From positions 62,001 through 126,000 of the forward strand of contig NOWV01000199.1 in assembly GCA_003344405.1 (NCBI GenBank): 64,000 nucleotides of DNA. The letters are read 5' to 3'. Both the position numbers and the translations under genes were made by a program. This document shows, piece by piece, positions 53,341-64,000 of this stretch. Origin of the DNA: Trichoplax sp. H2. Taxonomy: Eukaryota. Position 1 is the stretch's first letter. Every line of letters starts with the position of its first letter. Below the pieces are notes generated by a model. The model made no database searches. It saw only the letters and a list, made by a program, of their open reading frames with translations, and had not been told where the DNA came from.

Positions 53341-56300
53341 CTAATTTAAGCCATAAATTTCTTGAAATGCTTTCAGTTTCCATTCTGCGATACTTTGCAT
53401 CGTTAATGGTTTTGGTAAGTTTTTGGGATTATCTCGGCATACAAAATTTTTCAACAGTAGCATTTCATCTTGAGATTGAAAAGGTATAGCTTGTTGATGA
53501 AAATGTTGCAATAATAAGAAGATATTATCAAATTTAAACTGTTCAACGCTACATTTTCCATCATCATCGGCTTCGAGCTTGAGATGCTATTTATATAAAG
53601 TAAGATATGAATTTAAGAAATTAGTTGACTATAAGAATCTTGTTAGCCATTTACTTAACTAAATTATCCAAGGAAAATGAAATCATATAATGGAGGAAGT
53701 CTACTATGAGAGTTAGATTACAATCGTAATGCAAAATCAGTTGACCTTAATGTTACCACGGCAATTAAATGTAATAGCATAAAATTTCTTATTTTTCCCA
53801 CTTGAACGCATTAAAAATGTATCAGAAATTCCTTTCAATAAACAATATCTAGCAGCATCAGTACGAGATAAATTGTCAAAAAAGCACGGGCAAAACTCTA
53901 TCGTTTGTCTGAAGATATTGCCTTTGCGGGTTGATGCCATTTGATGACCAGATCCCGTTTCCATTTCCGTAGTTGAGGTAGTTGATTGGGATTTATGGCT
54001 CTTCGTTGAACAGCCAACATCTGCTGGTATAGGACTATACAAAGGATTTAAAACGGATGGTTGATAGAGCTGTCCGGCGTTATTCCTGAATGTCATCGAA
54101 TTCATTTTGTCATCATTCGCTGGCGACCGGATTGATTTAGAATGGTTTGGAGGCGATGGAAGAGGTCGGTGACGGGGATCTATGGAAGATAGCAAAGGTC
54201 TGTTTCGATCGGAAGGAACCGCTAGTGGACGACGATGCTGGTTAGGAAGAGTTGGAACCGGTCGGGAATGTTGGTTGACTGATTGCAATGTGTTATTTCC
54301 CTTACTTAAAGATTCAGTCTGTGATTTGCTTTTACTTTTATTCGAATGCCTGGAAAATGGCGACGTGTGATGAAATGATCGCTTTTGGTTTCCTTGTCGA
54401 GAATGCCGATATGGAATTTCATAATCGTGCATTGATTGTACGGAAGTCGAAGTCTTTCTGCTTGTTGCTTCATCGCTGTATGGAATATCGTAGATATTTT
54501 GACCTTTCCCTGTATCTGGAGAGGATTGTACTGGTAACTTAAATGGTTGACAATTAGGTGAGACTGGCATAGAGTACGGATATTCAGGAGATGTTTCTGT
54601 TGGATTTTTGATGGATTCTGTAACATTATGATCTGGCAAAGCCTGTATGACTTTTGGCTTCATAGGTTGACCATTTTCATTAACACGCGGTATTAAATTT
54701 AAATATGTTCCACAATTTTTATTAACTCTGGCTAAGTTAGGATTACTACTTAAAGTATTGGTATCGTTAGTTTTCAAATCCGTCGACTGATTATATCTGA
54801 AGGAAAGAGGAGAAAATCATTTCATTTCTATACAGTATGAATTAGTCTCATTTATACACAGTATTAATTAGCCATGGTAGCTAATTAGAGTACTATAGGA
54901 TAGAATCAATCTAGCGATAGACTATCACTCGCTTATTCTGCCAATTTTAACCTCGATAAAGGTCTATCCAATTACTATCATCAGCTTCTACGCTATGATA
55001 AATAATAGTGTATAAGGGATAGAGGAAAATATAATCTTACTTCTACATAGTATCATTTAGCCCTAATTTAAGTAGAATAGGATCAAACTAGTGCTAGGTT
55101 ATCACTCGTTTATTCTTCTAATTTTAATCTAGATAAAACTCTATCCATTACTATCATCAGTCTTTACGCAATAATAAATGATAGTATACTATTTCATAGA
55201 TCTAAAATGATATTAGTAGTCATCTTGAACAGTAATAGCTACGATTGCTTTACTAAATTACTTTTGAGATACGGCCATAAAGTGAATCAATATAGTCTCA
55301 ACAGTAGATTGGAAATCACTTTATCGGCTTAGGAAGGTAACAAGATTAATGTCCTCAATAATATGATATAAAAAATAAACTTTGTAAATCTTTTCATAAC
55401 GAAGAAAATTGAAGTGGAATACTTGATCAAATTACCGTTTCGGTATCATAGTCTAATCTCAACTTTTTCAGTAAATAATGTAATAATAACTTACTACAGC
55501 CTCTTCATAAGTGACGAGATAATAAAATATATTTATTAATGCATCAAATCTACTTATATCGTGAAAGATGATTAATTTTAACTATATCGTAGCACGAGAG
55601 CAAATGGAAATATTGCCTCATCTACTGCAATAGGCTCATTAATATTCTTTCTCTTACCTTTTTGCAGAATTCTCTATAAATACGTAGTTTTGTAATACAG
55701 TAATCCATTTTTCCATAATGTCTAGGGAGCTGCAGCGAACTCTTTGGATATGATTGGTTGCTCCTTTCATCTAATATCCATAAAAAGTACTCAATCAATA
55801 TTCAAATCCGAATTATTTATACTGCAGTTCTATTAATCTTGAAAACGTGTCGTTGACAAGTTGTTGGACATAATTTGATACAGTAATGTCGGATTATTTA
55901 AGTCATATTCAACATCATTTAGGCAGTATTTCCTAGAGACTGCAATCAGTACATTGCCTTCCTGGATCATTAAATGTGTTAGTATTATCATTAAAAGTTT
56001 ATGAGTTAAATTGTACTACTAGTATCTCTAATGATCTGTTTTATTACGAGCATTTACTGAAACTGCAATAATGAATTATCGTGAAAGCCACAGTGTACAA
56101 CACTTATAATTTGTCATTAAGTGAACATTTGAACTCCTTGCGGAGTTGCTAATATATTGCTATTGTACAATGATGGATTACTTTCTTTCCATCATTGAAG
56201 AGCTAATTCTTTCTTGGATTTCTCCTTCAATTGATCTAAATGAAATTATAAGTACTAAAGAAGAACTAATAAGCCACATATCCTACCGTGGTGTACTTTC

Positions 56301-57764
56301 TCTCCATCATTTTACAACTGATTCTTTCTCGAGAAAATTATAAGCATTAAAGGAGCGACTAATCTATCGCTTATCGTACCGTGATGCATTTTCTTTCCAC
56401 TAATTATTAAACTTAAATAACTGATTCTCTGTTGGATTGCTCTTTTCAACTAATTTCGATCTCGATGAAATCGTGAACACTTCCATTCAAGATACATACA
56501 AGTATATCTTGTATAAAAGGTGTTGGTAATAATAAACTAAGATTCTAACCTCAATGCTATTAAAGAATTGAAGTATACTAAGATCGTTTTCATAATGAAA
56601 CTTGGAGTAGTCTAATGAAAATATCTAATTTTCGATAGAAAATTAAGCTTATAATTTACATATCGACAATTAAGACATGCTAAAGGAATGGTTATAGTGT
56701 TATTAAGCATTTAAATGAAAACATTAACGTTACTTCTATCCCAAACTACCGTTTCATGTATTAAATCAGAACGTGTACGTCTGTTTTGGTCATTCCTAAC
56801 AACAGATTCGATGTACTGGTGGAATAGGCAATATCCTCAAATATGAAACATATAGGATCTTGGATGTTCTTCTTACCTCTAGGCAAAAAATGCAATCGCC
56901 TTGATGTACATTAGCTGTCGTATCCGCTCGGAAAATAGATTTAATGTTACTTAATGAAATATCATCCATTTCCTAGACCCAAATTTTATTAGATATGTCA
57001 AAAAATTAGAGAAAAAATGACATTAATAGATTTCAATGAATGATAAAAAAACTGAAATGCATCTACAGCGTTAAGGTATAGAACAATTCAAGGATCTCAT
57101 CACTGGAAGCGATCGAACACTCTACTACCTGTCGACAATTGACAAATGCTATTTGTAAAATACATCTGCAATCTTTTAATTTATTCTTCAATTATAAGGA
57201 GGCAAAAGCTATCAATCGATAGGAGAAATGCTATCATGTTTAATGGAGTTTCACAAGCGATACCTTACGATAAAGTTGTAGTTGAACTTGTTCTTTCAGC
57301 TTTGCTAGTGATAATTTACAACGAAATGGAATTTCAAGTGGCTGGTTATTATTGCTTAAGAATTGAACTGGGCTTTCATAGACGATATCTTCTTTATCGA
57401 ATGATGGCTGTAAAGGAAGCATAGGACAGTAATCTAAATTATTTTCCATGAAATGCTCAGTAGAATTGGATGAGGCACCAGGATTCTCATCTTTAACGTT
57501 TGGTTGTGGCTGATTCACGTACGCATGGAATAATTGCAAATTATCCGAATTGTTATTATCGTATTTTAAATCAGTTATAAAATTAGTAAATATTTCATTG
57601 AACTTGTTCAGATATAGTTGGCATAAGTGAATTAATAAACTTCTATCCAGGGATCCAAAAGGTAAATTAGTGGAATCATGGAGTTTGCCTAAAAGTTTTT
57701 TAGCGTTAATTGTTGCTTCTTCACTGCAAAGCTGCTGTAAGGCCTCATTGTTAGGAGCTTCCAT
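53341..57764 (-). CDS. SH2B/Lnk-like adaptor, copy B: Phe-zipper-like + PH + Tyr/Pro-rich linker + SH2 (~668 aa, 5 coding exons)
   Basis: Exons 57264-57764, 56877-56972, 55658-55770, 53746-54796, 53341-53586. Intron positions and phases match copy A, and the last exon is also 246 nt. SH2 reads SRTDAARYCL..TFLMRSS..YAITFNCRGNIK|HLKL. The frame stays open upstream to an acceptor at 57854, so the start is slightly uncertain. Confidence 0.82.
54895..55190. repeat. Intronic tandem duplication (~175 bp x2)
   Basis: 'tatcactcg.ttattct...aattttaa.ct.gataaa..tctatcca.ttactatcatcag' at ~54923 and ~55100. Confidence 0.7.
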
Positions 57765-59696
57765 GCTATATACAGATGGATTAATTATTACTGCAATTGG
57801 GTTTTCTATAATCTTAGAACTTTCCACGAATAGAATTTCAATCCTTCCAAGATGCTAAAATTAAAATGAGTAAAAAAATTCTTTATAAGATTATTTATGT
57901 GCTATACTTTCTATCTGATTTTAACAGTTTTCATACATTATAACCGAGCAATCAAATCTTTGAACTAGTTAATTGCACATGTCAAAGTCTAATAATTCTA
58001 TCTTATGATGTATAAGTGGAGATTTGCTAATTTAAGTCAATGCTATTGCCGGATGCATTGACCGAAACAAGTATCAAACCAATGCTATTAAACAACTAAC
58101 TCAGTAGAAAGTAGGACTGAATATTTTATTAGCTGTCAATACAAAATACTAAAAATCATCAAGAAGGTGTAATAGGCAAAATAAGCAATTAAAATCTTAC
58201 CTGTGATTAAAATGGTTAAAGTGCCGATCAAGGCTGCCGTAGCAAGAAAAGTTTTGAGTGCAAAATGGACAAGTATGAGTTTGATAGATTTTAGATGATT
58301 TACCTTTTATTTTTCCTGTCCGTTTATTAAATAATATTATTCTCGCTCATCGATTTGGAATCAACATCGTTGCTGTGTAAGCATTTGTAAATATTTTTCT
58401 TGATAGATAACCGTCATATATAACGATATTAGTATTTAGGCGAAGTTTCAACGAGTCAAATATAGTCGACTAAATTCGAATAATATTGATTGCAATACGA
58501 TAAGCTATATTAAGCCATGGTGGATAAATTACAGTCATTTTAGATCATGTATGTATGGATACGTCATATTTCATCGATGATCGATTACCTTTTCGATCAT
58601 GTAACTGAAATCTGTTTTTAGATAAATCAAAGCAAGTATTAAGGTTAATATATGGTAGAATGCAAGGATTAGTGATTCTTGGCAGGTTGACTGTAGATTT
58701 ATTCATGTCACAGAAAGGACTTGTGAATTCGTGCTATTTATTCATTCAGAAATTGCAGATTCCACTATAAATCACTGTTTATTTTGATGCTTTTTATTCT
58801 ATCGATTCAATCAATATACATTTCTATGAACGTATAACGAAATAGAGATATTCGACGTAATACTACAGTCTATTAAAATTACTAGCTTTAGTTAATCTAA
58901 ACACAGCCTTGCAAGTGAAACGTTGTTACAATAACTTTTAAAGTTTATACAGCGTTACACTGATGTCGTCTTGATAACTATAAATTAGTAGGCAATTAAA
59001 AATTACAAGTTAATTTGTTGGTGAATACTTTGCAATGGAGAATGTTAAGAAGTGTATTTTGCTAAATATTGGACATTACATTCTAAAGGCAGTAAAAATA
59101 TTCATGTCATCGTGACAGTTACAGGCTGTAGTAGTAATTTAGTGCCTATACCGACGATCCGATATGTTCATTCGTGAGGTTTTACCAAATTATTAACAAC
59201 ATACAAGACTGCATAGTCGTATAATATACAGTATTAACTTTTCAATTTTAATTTTAAGATACCTTACGACGATAAAAACTGCTGTTTTTAAATTTTAGCG
59301 GGTTGTGAGGTCATGTTACGCACTGATGGCGAATGAAATTATCGCTACCTTTACAGTAATAATTACATCATATGCACACGTACGTAATTATGGGATATAT
59401 GAATGTGCATAAGTATACACATGTTATTCTATGTTGTACAGTACTAGAATATTTACATAATCGTAATACTGTGTCAAAGCATCAAAGTTATCACAAAATA
59501 AAGAACTTGTACAGAATAGTACAACAGAGCAATAAATGTGACATAGCGGTTAACGAAATAGTTTTATGCTCATAGGCAAGTAAATAGGCATTTTGTAATG
59601 GCATGGTAAGGATATTTTTTTGCAACTATACATTAGATTATTAATAGCAGGCTTTTGATCGTTATCAACACGAGACTTTACATAGATTGGCCATGG

Positions 59697-62600
59697 TTAC
59701 AGGACCAAGTATAGAAAATCACATTCCTATAAATGAAAATTAATATCGACGATCAGGATAGTTTTATACCATATTTTTATACTAGTCCTGCAAATAGCCT
59801 TATACAAATGTAGCTTGATGAAAGGATCCAATAATAATACTTACATTACAAGTTAATAATAGATTGTTGGATTTACATGTCGGTATTTTTACTTCGGACA
59901 TGGTAGGTTTTGCAAAACAAGATTTACTGCAATAGAAATGATAGAATAAATTTAACAATAATGAACTTTCTATTTTATTACTTAAAATGTCTAATGTCCA
60001 TTAATGATCAAGCATGACAATTTCGAAATGAGACTTACTTGTGCATATTAAAAGCATCTTCAATTTGTTTTTTAACGTAATCCAAGGTAATACCATCAAA
60101 CTGTATATGATTCATAACGTTTCATTCAATGAAAAGTTTTAACTCCTTTATAGCTATACAGTCTTATTGCTCAATTTAATAAAAACGCTTACACTACCTC
60201 GGTATCTAATCGAAGGCCACAGCTGCAAAAGATAATGTGTTTATTTTGCAATAGTGGTGATCTAAAGAAATGATATGACATGATATTACTGATAGGATAT
60301 TCAATACGGCCTCGTGTGCGATTGATTATACGTGTCCATCAGCAGTCATCACGGCGATATAAAATCAATATGACTCCTACCTTAAACAGACTGGGCAAAT
60401 AATTTCGTTCCCTTCCATTCTTTCAATTACAGCTGATAGGGAAGTCATATCGAATTTGAAATAATCATCTACCACAGATTGTAAGAGCTTTCTCTCTGTC
60501 ATGTCCAAATAAATCAAATCAAATAGTAATAATTTAGAGGTTAGTTGTCCAAAGTCATCATCGTCGTGAGAGAGTCAAATAAGGAATCCTACTTTATTGT
60601 CATACTAAGAATGGCATCATGACGGTGTAAGCAAAAACTAGTGATGATTGTTTATTTTATATCAAACCTTCTTTAATTAATTCTTCTTCCATTTCTTCCA
60701 AAACTGATAAGACATGCTCAACTTTATCAAAATTTTCTTGCTTTTGAGTCTAAAATATTATCAAGGCAAAAGACGGTTAAAACGTTATAGAGATTTATTT
60801 CTAGCGGCAATTGAATTGGTCTGCGAATGTATTCTATAAGATATAATGATGGATACAGTAAAGGGTTCTATTGTATATCATGATTACGAAAAGTGCCTCT
60901 TACGTATGGTATAGGGGCAGTATTTCTGAGCACGAGTGAAGGCAATTTGTTGTCTTCTTTCTTGATTTTTTCCCATTCTTGATACATTACATCTTCGACT
61001 AACGATTGGCATGAATCAATATATGTATTCTTGAAATTTTCTGACTTTGAGCGTAATTCATTTATTGCTTTATGCCGACTTTCTTTCAATCGATCACGAC
61101 AACGCTAGAATGATAAAACAAGTCCAATTTAGATATGTTTCGAAAGAAGGAAATGAGTTTATTGAATAAGATTATTAAAAGAATACAACTAGAATCAAAG
61201 GGAACGGGGGAGTTGGTCGATGTTGTCATGATCAATTTTAGGCCGCACCATACTGTTATTAAGGCAAACATTATCAGCAATTCATTCGATTCTGGTCAAT
61301 TTCTTATAGCATTTTATGATGGATGAACATTAATTGGTACTATTGTTGGAATCTTAGCTATAACTTTTTTGACTGGGAGAGAAAAATATTGTCTCCACCC
61401 TCCGATTTTTTTTACAATTGGGTTGCTTTACTTCCATCAATGGATGGCGTAGTGATTTCTCGCCAATGACTTGTTTAACATGATGTAGTGTACGTGTGCA
61501 AATTAAAAGTATATTATTTTAAGGAAACCAAGATAGTAGTGAGATTAGCCCATGTGTATCGTCTATCGTTCCTATTTTAAAGTTTTGTTAAGGTTTCGTT
61601 GCGACGTGTACAAATTAAAAGTAATTTATTTGAAGGAAACCAAGATAGTAGTGAGATTAGCCCATGTGTATCGTCTATCGTTCATATTTTAAATTTTTTT
61701 GAAGGTAACCAACATAGTAGGGAGATTAGCCTATGTGTATCGTCGATTATTCCTATTTTAAAGTTTTGTAAGGTTTCGTTGCGACGTGTACAAATTAAAA
61801 GTATTTTATTTTTATTATTAAGGAAACCAAGATAGTAGTGAGATTAACCCATGCGTATCGTCCATTATTCCTATTTTAAAGTTTTTCTTAAGGTTTCGTT
61901 GCAACAATGCAATCGGGCATGTATGTTCCCTAATACTATCAACGAACTCAACCAAAAGACCAAAGAATGGATGATTCTTTGGCAGATTTGGACTGCTGTT
62001 GTATTCTTTGAATTACAAATATCAATCCACGAGAAGGTAGTCTAAGTTAGCCGTGTACTTGCATGATCAACTCGAGTAATTGAATTAAAATGGACTTGTA
62101 TTAATTATTCAAGTCTTTTAGTCTTGATAACACTCATTTTCAATATCATGTAGTCTGTGTTAAGACAACATGATAAGATATGAATTTTATTTCTCCCCTT
62201 CTTACCATAACCTATGGCATTGAGTCATTTCTATATTGGCTGTTTTTGTCGTAGGTTTTTTTTTTTCAATTTCAATCGATCATCGCGATCAAACTGTGTC
62301 AGTAGAACATCAGTCAGAAGACGTTGCTTGATCGCTACGCTAATCTATACTTCCGCCCTCAAGAATACAGCCATTCTGACAGTTGATGATGGCTGCACCA
62401 TGCGCAATTTTCCATTGATAACATCTCCATTTCATAGAGTAGGCTATAATCTTGATCAATGGATGTTTTTTTCATCCATTATGCAAAAGATGGGAGTGTA
62501 GAGATGAGGACATGATGCTAATACAATATCAATGATGGCGACTATACAATGCCTTGTGTACGGGATATATTGTAGAAGTTTTGTTGATGCGGAACATACT

Positions 62601-63522
62601 TCCACTTTGATCTGTTAGTCTATTTTTTGCCCCATTTTTCCATACAAATCAATCCAGCGTAATGTACTTTCTATTTTTTTGTCGCCGTCGTCGTTCAAAA
62701 TTACCAGCAAGCTTAGCGATTTATTCATAAAAAAAAAGGGATTTGGGGGAAAAATTCTCAATTCATTCATGTTACCATAGGTACTATGGTATCGTCGAGA
62801 GTCTTTCACTGGCCGGAGTGTAGTACAGGATTTCAGGTGGTTCGAGTAATCGGTCAGTAAGGATCGAGTCGATGATCTGGTTGAAAAATATCCAAAATAG
62901 TGGCAAGAATATCAAAGGGAAAAGCTATTTTTCAACATAGAATCATCTGTCAGGCAATCCTCGATTGAGCAAGACGGATGTTTCTCTATCGCATCGATAG
63001 GAGAGAAAGGAAGATGCAGTCGAGTAAAGAGAGACCATTGACTAGCCAAGCTAAATGATTCAACATTATGAATGAATGTTTTATCTTGGTAGCTCATCAT
63101 CGTTGGATGATGACTTGTATCGTAGAGGATATTCATGTCCTAGGGGATTCACGAGGTGTTTGATGGCTCCAACTGGAGGATAGTTCATCGCTCCTCTATC
63201 CTTGTCCTGTCAAAACTTTCAAAGTAAGGGCAAGCGGCTATGGGAACGGACATTTTGAATGAATGATCGAAGTGGGTAGCGTCTTCAAAGCAAGATCGCT
63301 AGCCCTTGGGCGATACTCTCTCAACAATTTCCCTGACACTACCTTAAGCAAGTAAGAGGATGTGGACGTTGGTATTGGACTGCTACGATTGCAAGTCCAT
63401 GGGAAAAGAAACAACAGCCATTAATCGTCTGATGACTAGCTTTGCTACTTGCTACTTACCGATCGAAATATTTCGCGCCACGAGGCTCTTTTCTTGACTC
63501 CTTGACGATGAGTAGTTGCCAT
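59697..63522 (-). CDS. RPAIN: RPA-interacting protein (~232 aa, 8 exons)
   Basis: Exons 63460-63522 (MATTHRQGVKKRASWREIFRS), 60904-61104 (RCRDRLKESR...VEDVMYQEW), 60668-60749, 60381-60495 (ICPVC), 60198-60261 (FCSCGLRL), 60039-60100, 59845-59926, 59697-59726 (TCN|ECDFLYLVL*). This matches the RPAIN N-terminal motif, acidic middle and C-terminal Zn finger. Alternative ATG at 63528. Confidence 0.88.
61490..61905. repeat. Intronic tandem repeat, ~112 bp unit, ~4 copies (one truncated)
   Basis: 'aagg(a/t)aaccaa.atagtag.gagatta.cc.atg.gtatcgtc' at 61521, 61633, 61702 and 61820. Confidence 0.9.
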
Positions 63523-63779
63523 TTGCATGATGAATTGACGACGATGAGATGGCTTTCAGACATACACGATCTGCCTAGCTCAGGTCCAAAGTGGAGAATG
63601 TTCCCAAGGCAATAGGCCAAGACCAATCAATTATTGTTAATGGAGGAAAAAGAAATGCCACCGTTGCCAACTACAAGTAGATCCAAGATGGAGTGCTTGC
63701 AAATGGGGGATTGTCCACCGCCCGCAAGAACTGGAGTGTGTCTCGCCACTGCGCTTGCTCGTAGTGTCATTGTCATTGA

Positions 63780-63960
63780 ATGAGCCCTTTAATGGATTGA
63801 GCCGGCGCATACGGTCGCTTGAAAGCGGTTGAAGCTATAGGGGCTGTTGACGTGTCCGGAGGCTTCCCTCTCTACAGTCCCTACACTGTCACTCCACTGT
63901 ACTGTACACTGTACACTGTACAGTGTTGGGGTATTATCATACAGTACCTCAAGGTGGGTG
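63780..63960. promoter_or_regulatory. Putative RPAIN promoter island rich in ACTGTA
   Basis: TACTGTACACTGTACACTGTA at 63900-63920 (reverse complement of the 21-mer at 10643 and 26407), TGACGT at ~63848, GC-enriched. Confidence 0.6.
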
Positions 63961-64000
63961 AACAAAGACTCATACATATGAAAGAAAAACCTTTTTCCTT

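Noticed and set aside
62200..63450. GC-richer stretch with short ORFs, considered as a transposon remnant
   Set aside because: No terminal repeats and no transposase or RT motifs seen. It is the promoter-proximal part of RPAIN intron 1.

Overview
AT-rich eukaryotic (animal) genomic DNA with short GT-AG introns. The compact gene style suggests an early-branching metazoan such as a placozoan; this is inference, not proven. I reconstructed eight gene models by hand-splicing, checking intron phases. (1) A type I membrane protein with signal peptide, 6 Kunitz domains, a VWC domain and a TM helix (6379-10560, -). (2) A type I membrane glycoprotein with a Phe-rich and a His-rich N-glycosylation-sequon repeat, 4 VWC-like modules, a TM helix and a YxxPhi tail (13509-17393, -). 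(3) CWC21/SRRM2 (-), head-to-head with (4) a PIS-like CDP-alcohol phosphotransferase (+). (5) An intronless DUF1295 gene (-), head-to-head with (6) an intronless ApaH-like/Ppn2-like metallophosphatase (+). (7, 8) Two tandem, divergent SH2B/Lnk-like adaptors (-). RPAIN (-) is a ninth well-supported gene, and there is one weak membrane-protein model near 30 kb. The most striking non-coding signal is a GC-enriched, (TACAG/TACAGTG)n-rich island just upstream of six gene starts, with an identical 21-mer in three of the four islands. Several degenerate AT-rich tandem arrays partly read like decayed LRR coding sequence. No tRNA, rRNA, CRISPR array or intact transposon was recognised.
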